Shown here: piece by piece, positions 50,886 through 59,872 of the stretch | Position numbering within the stretch: position 1 is the first letter of the stretch | Layout of the letters: every line of letters begins with the position of its first letter | Origin: Bacteroidales bacterium | Lineage (GTDB): Bacteria; Bacteroidota; Bacteroidia; Bacteroidales; Bacteroidaceae | NCBI GenBank assembly: GCA_030531095.1 | Contig: JAUNOO010000001.1 | Span: 7,747 to 71,746, forward strand | Reading direction: 5' to 3' | DNA: 64,000 nucleotides | Translations under genes and position numbers: made by a program | Notes under the pieces: model-generated | What the model was told of the DNA's origin: nothing | Databases searched by the model: none | What the model saw: the letters and a program-made list of their open reading frames with translations, nothing else

Positions 50886-52271
50886 ATGAACCAGACAGAG
50901 AAATTCAACGTGTTGGGCGAGAAGCCGGTCGGCAGTCTGCTTATGCAGTACGCCATCCCCGCCATCGTGGCGATGACCGCCTCGTCCATCTACAACATCA
51001 TCGACGGCATCTTCATTGGCCAGGGTGTGGGCAAGGAAGCCATTATGGGATTGGCGCTGACCGCCCCCATCATGTCGCTGACCGCCGCCTTCGGCGCTAT
51101 GGCAGGCGTGGGCGCCTCCACCCTGATGTCCGTCCGGCTTGGACAGAAAGACTACGACACCTCCAAGAAAATCCTTGGCAACGTCGTCATCATGAACGTC
51201 ACGATGGGCCTCGTGCTCGGCGGGCTGCTCCAGCTTTGCCTCACGCCCATCCTCCGCTTCTTCGGTGCGAGCGACGCCACGCTCCCTTATGCCCACGACT
51301 TCATGACCATCATCCTTGCGGGCAACGTCGTGACCCACCTCTACTTGGGTCTCAACGCCCTGCTCCGCTCCACCAACCGACCCATGAAGGCGATGTATGC
51401 CACCTTCGGCACGGTGGGGCTCAACTGCATTTTCGCGCCCATCTTCATCTTCGTTCTCGAGTGGGGCATCCGCGGCGCAGCCGCAGCCACCATCCTCGCG
51501 CAGGTGTGTATGCTCATGTGGCAGTTGCACCTCTTCTCCTCCAAGGACGAACTGATACACTTCAGCCGCGAAATCATGAAGCCCAATCCACGCATCATGC
51601 GCGAGTCGCTTCTCATCGGTCTGCCGCCCTTCCTCATCAACCTCTGCGCCTGCACGGTCACCATCTTCGTCACCCGCAGCATGACGCAGTACGGCGGTGA
51701 CGTTGCCGTGGGCGCCTACGGCATCAGCAACCGCCTCATCCTCTTCGTCGTGATGGTCGTCATCGGTCTCAACCAGGGCATGCAGCCCATTGCCGGCTAC
51801 AACTTCGGCGCGCAGAAGTACGACCGCCTCATCAGCGTGCTCAAGCGCGCCACGATATTTGCCACCTGCATCACGACGACGGGCTTCCTCGTCGGCACCT
51901 TCCTGGCGCGCCCCTGCGTGACGCTCTTCGCCAAGGACGCGCCCGAACTGGTCGACGCCGCGGCGCGCGGTCTGCGCATCGTCGTCATGTTCTTCCCCAT
52001 CGTGGGCATGCAAATCGTGTCGACCGCCTTCTTCCAGAGCATCGGCATGGCGGGCAAGAGCATCTTCCTGTCGCTCACGCGCCAGCTCATCTTCCTGCTC
52101 CCCGCGCTGCTCATCCTGCCCCACCTGATGGAGGACAAGGTGCTCGGCGTGTGGTACGCCTTGCCCACGGCCGACTGCGCCGCCGCCATTCTGTCCGCCA
52201 TCATGCTCACCATACAGGTGAAGAAGTTCAAGAGTAAAATAAAGGAGGGCGCACAGCCTTCACAAGCCTGA
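50886..52271 (+). CDS. MATE-family efflux transporter (MepA-like)
   Basis: YNIIDGIFIG, WGIRGAAAAT, QPIAGYNFGA; promoter TAACTTTG at 50859. Confidence 0.92.
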   Translation: MNQTEKFNVLGEKPVGSLLMQYAIPAIVAMTASSIYNIIDGIFIGQGVGKEAIMGLALTAPIMSLTAAFGAMAGVGASTLMSVRLGQKDYDTSKKILGNVVIMNVTMGLVLGGLLQLCLTPILRFFGASDATLPYAHDFMTIILAGNVVTHLYLGLNALLRSTNRPMKAMYATFGTVGLNCIFAPIFIFVLEWGIRGAAAATILAQVCMLMWQLHLFSSKDELIHFSREIMKPNPRIMRESLLIGLPPFLINLCACTVTIFVTRSMTQYGGDVAVGAYGISNRLILFVVMVVIGLNQGMQPIAGYNFGAQKYDRLISVLKRATIFATCITTTGFLVGTFLARPCVTLFAKDAPELVDAAARGLRIVVMFFPIVGMQIVSTAFFQSIGMAGKSIFLSLTRQLIFLLPALLILPHLMEDKVLGVWYALPTADCAAAILSAIMLTIQVKKFKSKIKEGAQPSQA

Positions 52272-52336
52272 TTAATCAAAAACTGCCCGCGGCTGGGGAA
52301 ATTTCTACCTCGCCGTAGGGCACAACCACAACATAA

Positions 52337-52957
52337 ATGGATAAGTTTGTCATCAACATCGGTCGTCAGTTGGGCAGCGGAGGTCGCGCCATCGGCCACA
52401 TCCTCGCCAAAGAGCTTGGCATTGTCTACTACGACCGCGAGATTCTGACCCTTGCCGCCCGCGAGAGCGGTTTCAGCCAGGAAATCTTCGAGCGTAACGA
52501 CGAGCGCAAAGGCTTCCTCCGTTCCGTATTCGGCAACATCGTGCCCTTCTTCGGCAGCGGCAGTGAGTTCTACGCCAACTCCCTGAGCGAGGAAAACCTC
52601 TTCCAGCTCCAGAGCGAGGCCATCCGCAAAGCCGCCGCCGACCACTCCTGCATCTTCATCGGGCGTTGCGCCGACTACGTCCTGCGCGACTATCCCCGTT
52701 GCGTCAACGTCTTCATCGCCGCCGACATGGAGGACCGCATCCAGCGCGTCTGCCGTCTCGACAAGGTGGACCGCGAAGCCGCCATGCGCCTCATCGCCCG
52801 TGGCGACAGCCGCCGCGCCGACTTCTACAACTTCTACAGTTCGGGCACATGGGGCGCCGCCAACACCTATCACCTCTGCGTCAACACGTCGGTGCTGGGG
52901 CTGGAGCGCACCGCCGAGCTCATCAAGGACTTTGCGCTCAAGAAACTGAACGCCTGA
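52337..52957 (+). CDS. Cytidylate kinase-like family protein
   Basis: INIGRQLGSGG, IGRCADYVL, YHLCVNTS. Confidence 0.88.
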   Translation: MDKFVINIGRQLGSGGRAIGHILAKELGIVYYDREILTLAARESGFSQEIFERNDERKGFLRSVFGNIVPFFGSGSEFYANSLSEENLFQLQSEAIRKAAADHSCIFIGRCADYVLRDYPRCVNVFIAADMEDRIQRVCRLDKVDREAAMRLIARGDSRRADFYNFYSSGTWGAANTYHLCVNTSVLGLERTAELIKDFALKKLNA

Positions 52958-53005
52958 CCCCGCGCCTTGCGCCGCCGCAACCGCACCCGTCAAATCCCCA
53001 CAGGA

Positions 53006-53506
53006 ATGAAACGCATAGGTCTACTCTCCGACACCCACGGCTACTGGGACGACAGATACGCGCAGTACTTCGAGTCGTGCGATGAGATATGGCACGCCGG
53101 CGACATCGGCACGATGGAGTTGGCGGAGCGCTTTGCCGACCTCAAGCCCTTCCGCGCCGTGTGCGGAAACATTGACGGCGGCGACCTGCGCAAGCTCTAT
53201 CCCGAAAAGCTCCGCTTCAAGTGCGAGGACGCCGACGTCCTCATGAAGCACATCGGCGGCTATCCCGGACACTACGACATCAGCATACGCGGCCAACTCT
53301 TTGTCCGTCCGCCGCAACTTTTCATCTCCGGTCACTCCCACATCCTCAAGGTGCTCTACGACCGCTCGCTCAATTGCCTCCACATCAATCCCGGCGCGGC
53401 AGGCATCCAGGGCTTCCACAAGGTGCGCACACTGGTGCGCTTCACCGTCGACGGCAAAGCGTTCCGCGACCTTGAGGTCATAGAACTTGGCGAAAAAAAG
53501 AAATGA
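53006..53506 (+). CDS. YfcE/MJ0936-like metallophosphoesterase
   Basis: SDTH, HAGD, GNID, GHSH, NPG; start at MKRIGLL. Confidence 0.9.
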   Translation: MKRIGLLSDTHGYWDDRYAQYFESCDEIWHAGDIGTMELAERFADLKPFRAVCGNIDGGDLRKLYPEKLRFKCEDADVLMKHIGGYPGHYDISIRGQLFVRPPQLFISGHSHILKVLYDRSLNCLHINPGAAGIQGFHKVRTLVRFTVDGKAFRDLEVIELGEKKK

Positions 53507-53513
53507 ACAACCC

Positions 53514-53554
53514 GAGGGGCTGCATCAGCGCGAAAGCTATGGTGCAGCCCCTTT
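53514..53554 (+). terminator. Intrinsic terminator
   Basis: AGGGGCTGCATCA/TGGTGCAGCCCCT + TT. Confidence 0.65.
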
Positions 53555-53707
53555 CAGTTTTGGACGGTTGCGGCGAATATGGTCGCCTCGCCCGTCGTTC
53601 ACGAATCCGTGCCGCGCTTTTCAGACCTCATCCGCAGAAAACGAAAAATTTTCTCAGTTTGTAAATCACTATACCATAGCGATTTATACATCGGCCAGAG
53701 CCGTTGT

Positions 53708-53813
53708 AAAATAGTCCTGAGCTTTTGAAAAATAGTCCTGAGCTTTTCAAAATTAGTCCTGAGCTTTTGGGGAATTAGCTCAGGACTTTTTTTATTTAGC
53801 ACTGGACTTTTTT
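53708..53813. repeat. 21-bp-period repeat, copy 4 (3 direct + 2 inverted units)
   Basis: TAGTCCTGAGCTTTT at 53712, 53733, 53754; then AGCTCAGGACT and AGCACTGGACT. Confidence 0.88.
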
Positions 53814-53998
53814 GAATCCCCTCTGACGCAATTCTAAAATGGTTCTGAATCAGCGTGTTGCAGAATTGGTGAAATTGAGATTGCTCTGGCGAAAATTTAG
53901 AACGGCGCGGGGGTGGATGGGTACAAACTGGGCAAGGGCGGAAAGCCGCCGGACTATTGGTGAACCTGCCGTCCCTGCGCGCTGCGTGCTGGACGCTC

Positions 53999-54043
53999 TC
54001 GCGCGCGTGTGCGTGCGTATTATATAATAGGAGTGGACAGGGA
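53999..54043. repeat. CGCG-tract + TATTATATAATAGGAGTGG dispersed repeat, copy 2
   Basis: Similar to 4621-4660. Confidence 0.6.
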
Positions 54044-54253
54044 CTTGAAGTCACTTTTTTCTTTTCCATTTCCCCCTATTTGTGGCTAACATTGCCAAAT
54101 TCAGAGGCAAATAGATAAAATTAAGGAAACTAATTCCGTGGAAATAGTTTTTATTTGTATATTTGCACGTCGGTAGGTTGCAATCGTGGAATTGAAAACA
54201 AGTTTTCCGTCCTCCCGTTTGCCTTATCATAGCCCAAATAAAAAGAAGTTCAC

Positions 54254-54889
54254 ATGGAAGAATCGACGTCCAACCGCGCGGAGTTGCGCAAGCACATCAT
54301 CGAGGCGGCCACTCAGGCCTTTCACACCAACGGCATCAAGTCGGTCACGATGGACGACATCGCCCACCTGCTGAGGATGTCGAAGCGTACGCTCTATCAG
54401 CTTTTCCACGACAAGGAGGAGCTGGTGTTGGCGTGCTTCCTCAATAGGGCCAACGAGGACCGCAAGTTCTTTGAATCCTTGGTGCAGACCTCCAACAACG
54501 TGCTGGAAGTCGTCCTCCAGATTTACGCCTACAAGGTGGAGGAGATGAGCGCCATCAATCCCGCCTTCTTTGCCGATATTTTCAAGTTCCCCCGCGTGCT
54601 CGACTACCAGTATCGCCGCATGCTTGGCGACATCAAGCAGGGCGTGGAGTTTATGAACCGCGGCATTGAACAGGGGCTGTTCCGCTCAGATGTCGACTTC
54701 AACATCGTCATTCCCTATATGCAGCCGAAGCAGGGGGTTGCCGTAAACCGAGAACTGTTTCCCGAATGCCCCATTTCGCATTACATCCAGAACACGCTCC
54801 TCATCGTGTTGCGCGGTTGCTGCACGCAGAAGGGCGCTGTCGTCATCGACGAATTCCTCGAGAAGCGCCGGCACCAGGCTGAGGCCTGA
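54254..54889 (+). CDS. TetR/AcrR-family transcriptional regulator
   Basis: GIKSVTMDDIA..LRMSKRTLYQLF.DKEEL HTH; promoter TATATTTG at 54158. Confidence 0.92.
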   Translation: MEESTSNRAELRKHIIEAATQAFHTNGIKSVTMDDIAHLLRMSKRTLYQLFHDKEELVLACFLNRANEDRKFFESLVQTSNNVLEVVLQIYAYKVEEMSAINPAFFADIFKFPRVLDYQYRRMLGDIKQGVEFMNRGIEQGLFRSDVDFNIVIPYMQPKQGVAVNRELFPECPISHYIQNTLLIVLRGCCTQKGAVVIDEFLEKRRHQAEA

Positions 54890-54917
54890 TTCCGCTCTGC
54901 CGTTTCGGTCAAATACA

Positions 54918-54953
54918 GCAGAGCCTCCCTGCCATTCGGTGGGGAGGCTCTGT
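54918..54953. terminator. Hairpin between convergent genes
   Basis: CAGAGCCTCCC/GGGAGGCTCTG stem. Confidence 0.65.
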
Positions 54954-54991
54954 CGTTGTTACGGGTGGAAGCGTCGGCAGGACGCGATGCG

Positions 54992-55510
54992 TCATTGCAG
55001 GTTGCTGACGTAGCGCTGCAGGCCGTTGAGGTCGTTGTTGAAGTCCGCCACAAACCAGTCGCCGTGCTCGAAGCGCAGGCGCACCTTCACCTCGATGGCG
55101 TTTTCGGTTTCGCTGGTGGGGTAGACCACCACGTCGACGAGGGCGCTCTTCATCGTGATGTCGTAGGCCTTGACGATGTCGGCACAGGGGTGCGTATAGT
55201 TTTGCGTGCGCACCCACGGGTCGAAGTCGTAGAAGCCTATTTCGCCGTAGGGCGTCAGGCTTTCTGCCGTTTCGTAGAGCGCGCGGAATTCGTCAGAGAA
55301 GAAATAGTCGGCTATGGCGTAGTGACCTGTCTCGACCGAGTTGAAGACCAGCGCATAGATGAGCTTCATGCGGGTCTTGATGTAGTCTTCGTTGTGCTTG
55401 GCAAACTTCTGTTCGGTGGGTTGAGGCGTCACAGGTTCTGTGGCATAGCTTGCGGTCGTCTGGAGTGAGAGACAGAGGAGTCCGCAGAGAAGAAGGCGTG
55501 AGTGTTTCAT
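54992..55510 (-). CDS. Exported DUF3828/YbjP-like protein
   Basis: Signal peptide; DFDPW..TQ and W.VADF motifs. Confidence 0.65.
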   Translation of the reverse strand: MKHSRLLLCGLLCLSLQTTASYATEPVTPQPTEQKFAKHNEDYIKTRMKLIYALVFNSVETGHYAIADYFFSDEFRALYETAESLTPYGEIGFYDFDPWVRTQNYTHPCADIVKAYDITMKSALVDVVVYPTSETENAIEVKVRLRFEHGDWFVADFNNDLNGLQRYVSNLQ

Positions 55511-55712
55511 GGTTTGATGTATTATTTATTTTGTGATATGCTGTCAGAATTGTGGCAGTGCTTGATGCAAAGGTATATGTTTCTTGTTGAACTGACAAAA
55601 ATTGTTGATGAAAACTTTCGCCTCCCGCCCCAATATTCCAAACAAAACTCCCGACGCACTGTGTGTGAGTGCGCCGGGAGCCATTTTCTAGGGTCTATCT
55701 AAGCCGTAGTCT

Positions 55713-58700
55713 TCAGAAAGACACGGCGCCGAGGTTGCGGTCTACGAGAATGCCGTCCTGGGCCTTGAGGCTGAACTTGCCCGCCTTCTTGGCCTTAAAC
55801 TTGATGACGAAGAGGTCGTGGTCGCCCTCGTCGAGCAGGAAGTTGTTGCCGCGGTTGACGAACGTCGGGTAGAGTGCCTTCTGTCCGTTGGTGTGCAGAC
55901 GGTCGTAGGTGAGGTTCACCATGTCCTTCATGCCGATGAGCTCGGTGCCGACGTACTCCAGTTCCTGCGTGTCGTAGGGCAGGGCGAAGCTGAGGCCGTT
56001 GACGTAGTGGAGCGCCTTGCCCGATACCTTAATCTCGATGACGTCGCCGGCGGCGTAGGTCGTCTTGTTGGGCGTGAGGACAACAGAGCCCGAAACCTTG
56101 TCGTTGGAGTTGCGCACACCGCCGTCGAGCTCAGTCGTCACGACAGAAATGTCGTAGGCGTCGATGAGTCCGTTCTGGTTGATGTCGCCCAGGCTGACGT
56201 AGTCGAAGTCGCTGTCGCCACGGCGCAGACCAGTGTAGTTCATGTAGGACGTGAGGTCGTTTTCGTCGATGCGCTTGTCGCGGTTGATGTCGCCCTGGAT
56301 GACGCTCTCGGTGTCTGCCACCTTGAAGACGTACATTTCAGTACCGGAGGCGAAGTTGCCCACAGCGGCGCTGACGGCAATCTTCACGTAGCGGGCCTGC
56401 GGGTTGCCGTCGAAGGCGAATGTCTTGACGTTGCCGTCCTTTGCCCAGGTGAAGTCGACAGGCGTGCTCCAGTTCTGGCGGTCGGTGCTGTAGGACACCT
56501 GACCCTTCAGGAGCGTGCCGTTGCCGGCGTCGGCGCGCGGCGTGTATTCGATGCGGTCGAGCTGGTTGACCGAACGGAGGTCGAGCGTCATGTCGAACGG
56601 CACGGCAGTGCCTTCGCCCCACTTGGAGTGCCAGCCGCTCTTCGGGTCGAAGTCGAACAGCTTGCTCACGGGCGTGCCCGGCTGGTCCTCGCAGGTGGCC
56701 TGAGCCTTGATGCCCTTGATGGCAAACTCGAGCGGGTTGCTCTTCGTCGTGGCGCTTACGGTGGCCCATTCGGAGTAGCCGTCCTTATTGACGGCGCGTA
56801 CCTTGAAACTATAGGTGGCTTCGGGCGTGAGACCGTCGAAGCTGAACTGCTGCTCGCGGATGGTGGAGTAGAGCATGCCGTTGAATTCCACTTCATAGAA
56901 GTCGGCGTTGGCAACGGGCGCCCAAGAGGGCGTCAGCTCGAACGAACCGATGCAGGAGTCGGCGATGACGGGCTTGGGCGCAGAGAGGCTGCCCGTGCTC
57001 ACGAGGAAGCGGCTGGCGGGGGCGTACTCATAGCCTGCTACAGTCACCTCGACTGTCGTCTCGCTCACGTCGGCTTTCGCCAACTTCACGAGCAGTTGCG
57101 GGTTCTTCGTGATGTCCACTTTGGCGAAGTCGGAGCCCGGCGTGGCGAAGCGGTTCAGCTGGGGCTTTTCGTTGTAGAAATAAACGTCAGAACCGCTCTC
57201 GAAGGCCTCGAGCGACGTGGCGGCGGTCCGTTTCACCTTCCGGCCGTTCACCTTTGCCGTCACCTTCTCGGGCTGAGCCGAGACGTTGATGCGCAGTTCC
57301 GTCTCCTTCTGGTTCTCAAAACCGTCGTAGCTGCCCACCGTCGGGGCGATGGACACCGTCAGTTCGTCCTTCTCCACAGCCGTAGAGATGAGCGTGTGGG
57401 TTGAGGCGCCGCTTAGGTATTCCTGCGTCTTGCCGTCGTCATCATATTCGTTGAACTCCGTACCCTGGTCGGCGTAGATTTCGTAGGCGCGATAGTCCTG
57501 ACGAATCTGCGACGGATTGTTGTTGGGGTTTGTCATCGGGATGATGGCGTCACTCTTCACGAACACCGGAATCTTCCAAAGCGGCGCGTCGAAGTTGTTG
57601 ATGAGTCGGCCGCCCGTGTATACGTCGCCCGTGAAGTAGTCCACCCACTTGCCCTCGGGCAGGTAGATGCCGTTGCGGATGTCGTTGCCGTCCTTGTCCA
57701 TCTTCGTGTCCTTATATATAGGAGCTACGAGGAAGCTGGGGCCGTACATGAACTGGTATTGCGTGGCTGTGCCGAGCGTGTAGTCGTTGGGGTAGTCGAG
57801 GAACATGGCCCTTATCATGGGCTTGCCGTCCACGGCTTCGGCAGCGATGCTGTAGGTGTAGGGCATCAACTCCGCCTTGAGCTTGAGATAGGTGCGGTTG
57901 ATGGAAGTGGCGGGCTCGCCCAGCACTTCAGGGTACTTGGGGTTGCTGCCCCAGCCGTCCATGTTGAGTTCCATTGGCGTAAAGGTCTTCCACTGGAATT
58001 CGCGCACATTGACGGGCACGTTCTTGCCGCCGAAGATGCCGTCGACGTCCGACGTGATGTTGGGTTGTCCCGAGAGGCCCGAGCCGATGAATGTGGGGAT
58101 GTGGAAGCGGATGTACTCCCAGTCGCCACCCGTCTGGTCGCCGCTCCAGATGCCTGCATAGCGCTGCGTGCCTGCCCAGCCGTCGAGCGAGATGATGAAC
58201 GGGCGGGCGTTAGAGCCGTAGTAGGGCATGATTTCGCCCACGTCGGCGACGCCGTTGAGTCCGAAGCTGTAGCCGGCGCCGACCCAAGCCACGTCGGTCT
58301 TGAGCACGCGCACGCCGGCGTCGCGCACTTCCTTCACGATGTCGCGCTGCAGGAGGGCTTCAACGCCTTCCTTCGGGTGCAGGTCGCTCTGGGTCCAGAG
58401 ACCAATCTCCACGCCCTTGGAGCGCGCGTAGTCGCCAAATTCCTTTAGGTTTTGGACGTTGCCGTCGAGCGTGCCGGTCTGGCCGTAGCCTGCGCCGTAG
58501 CCGTCGTTGGGGAGGAACCAGCCCAGCGGCATGTCGTTCTTGATGTAGCGGTCTATGGCGGCGCGGGCGGAGAACTGGTAGTTGTTCTTCTCGCCGTTGA
58601 GGCTTTCCTTGATGCCGCCGTTGTCCTTCTGGCTTTCGTTGTAGCGCTTGCCGTCCTCGTAGAGCATGAAGCCGTTTTCAGCCTCCGTCCAGTAGTCGCG

Positions 58701-59630
58701 GTTGTAGGCGTTGAGGTGGCCCTGATAGAAGCCGAACTTAGGCAGCAGCACGGGGTTGCCCGTCAGCTGGTAGAAGTCGTTGAGCAGGTTCACGGCACCG
58801 TCGTTGACCATGATGAAGACGTCGAGGTACGCCTCGCCGTGCGAGAGGATGACCTTGCCCTCCTCCGTCGCACCGAAGTCGTAAGTACCTGGTTTGAACG
58901 TGTGCCAGAGCACGCCGTAGCCCTTGGTGCTCCAGTAGAACGGCGTCGGGGAAGCCACACCGCCGTCCACCCAGTTGTTGGTGTTCTCGATGGCGATAAT
59001 CTTGCCCTTGTGGGAGAAGCGGCCGTTCTGTACGCCGCCGCCGAAGAAGTATTCGTCCGGCTTGGCGCTGAGCGTCAGCGTCGTCTTGCTCTTCTCGAAA
59101 GCGATGGGCGACGACTCGTTGACGATAGTCTCGCCCGTTTCGTTGTTGACGATGGAGAAGAGACCCGTGGTGAGGTTGAGGTTCACCGTGATGCGCGGCG
59201 TTGCCACCGTGGCGGTTCCGCCGTTCTTCGTCAACGTCACGCCGCCCGTGGCGCGGCGCGGATGGGAGGTGAGGATTTCGGCAGCGGGCGAGGCCTGCGG
59301 GTCGCGCACGATGCCGCCGTTGTCGTCGCGGAAAAGGCGCACGATATTGGCGCCGTAGAAGTCGAGCGTCAGCATCTTGCCGTTGGCATAGATGACCTCA
59401 ACCGTCGTGGGGTTGAGCTTCCGCACGTCGGAGACGAGCTGCGCGTCGGCGTTGAGCGCACTGACCGCACTGACGGCGGAGTGGGGCAGGGCGGCTGCCG
59501 CCTGTGTGGGCAGCGTTCCCCCAATCGTCAGCGGCAGCGCCAGCGCGATGGCGGCGCAGCAAGCGGAGTAGTTCGTGGAATTCTTTTTCATAGAGTTTAT
59601 GTTGAGAGTTTTAAATTTCTTAGTGGCCAT
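55713..59630 (-). CDS. Multidomain GH31 glycosidase (alpha-N-acetylgalactosaminidase-like) with FN3, F5/8, dockerin-like and cohesin-like domains; start may be 59591
   Basis: LKTDVAW nucleophile region, WSGDQ, NMDGW; GDINRD..IDEND and GDINQNGLIDAYD Ca-binding repeats. Confidence 0.88.
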   Translation of the reverse strand: MATKKFKTLNINSMKKNSTNYSACCAAIALALPLTIGGTLPTQAAAALPHSAVSAVSALNADAQLVSDVRKLNPTTVEVIYANGKMLTLDFYGANIVRLFRDDNGGIVRDPQASPAAEILTSHPRRATGGVTLTKNGGTATVATPRITVNLNLTTGLFSIVNNETGETIVNESSPIAFEKSKTTLTLSAKPDEYFFGGGVQNGRFSHKGKIIAIENTNNWVDGGVASPTPFYWSTKGYGVLWHTFKPGTYDFGATEEGKVILSHGEAYLDVFIMVNDGAVNLLNDFYQLTGNPVLLPKFGFYQGHLNAYNRDYWTEAENGFMLYEDGKRYNESQKDNGGIKESLNGEKNNYQFSARAAIDRYIKNDMPLGWFLPNDGYGAGYGQTGTLDGNVQNLKEFGDYARSKGVEIGLWTQSDLHPKEGVEALLQRDIVKEVRDAGVRVLKTDVAWVGAGYSFGLNGVADVGEIMPYYGSNARPFIISLDGWAGTQRYAGIWSGDQTGGDWEYIRFHIPTFIGSGLSGQPNITSDVDGIFGGKNVPVNVREFQWKTFTPMELNMDGWGSNPKYPEVLGEPATSINRTYLKLKAELMPYTYSIAAEAVDGKPMIRAMFLDYPNDYTLGTATQYQFMYGPSFLVAPIYKDTKMDKDGNDIRNGIYLPEGKWVDYFTGDVYTGGRLINNFDAPLWKIPVFVKSDAIIPMTNPNNNPSQIRQDYRAYEIYADQGTEFNEYDDDGKTQEYLSGASTHTLISTAVEKDELTVSIAPTVGSYDGFENQKETELRINVSAQPEKVTAKVNGRKVKRTAATSLEAFESGSDVYFYNEKPQLNRFATPGSDFAKVDITKNPQLLVKLAKADVSETTVEVTVAGYEYAPASRFLVSTGSLSAPKPVIADSCIGSFELTPSWAPVANADFYEVEFNGMLYSTIREQQFSFDGLTPEATYSFKVRAVNKDGYSEWATVSATTKSNPLEFAIKGIKAQATCEDQPGTPVSKLFDFDPKSGWHSKWGEGTAVPFDMTLDLRSVNQLDRIEYTPRADAGNGTLLKGQVSYSTDRQNWSTPVDFTWAKDGNVKTFAFDGNPQARYVKIAVSAAVGNFASGTEMYVFKVADTESVIQGDINRDKRIDENDLTSYMNYTGLRRGDSDFDYVSLGDINQNGLIDAYDISVVTTELDGGVRNSNDKVSGSVVLTPNKTTYAAGDVIEIKVSGKALHYVNGLSFALPYDTQELEYVGTELIGMKDMVNLTYDRLHTNGQKALYPTFVNRGNNFLLDEGDHDLFVIKFKAKKAGKFSLKAQDGILVDRNLGAVSF

Positions 59631-59872
59631 GTCAGGGCAGTGCCCACGCGTTCCCGCTCAATCATACCTTCTGGGAGAATGATTGTTTTGGCAAGAAAAA
59701 CGTAATAGGGCTTTCAAAGGTACAGATTTTTCGCTGATAAATCCCCATTTTCCCGCCACAAATATTCCGCCGCGCCCCACAAAGCGGTGATATTTTGCGG
59801 GATAAACTCTGTGTCGCCCCGATTTCTCAGTCTTTTTCCTTAAATTTGCCCCACAACCAATCCCCGAATCCC

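Noticed and set aside
53708-53813. Possible CRISPR array
   Set aside because: Units are contiguous with no unique spacers, occur in both orientations, and no cas genes are present.
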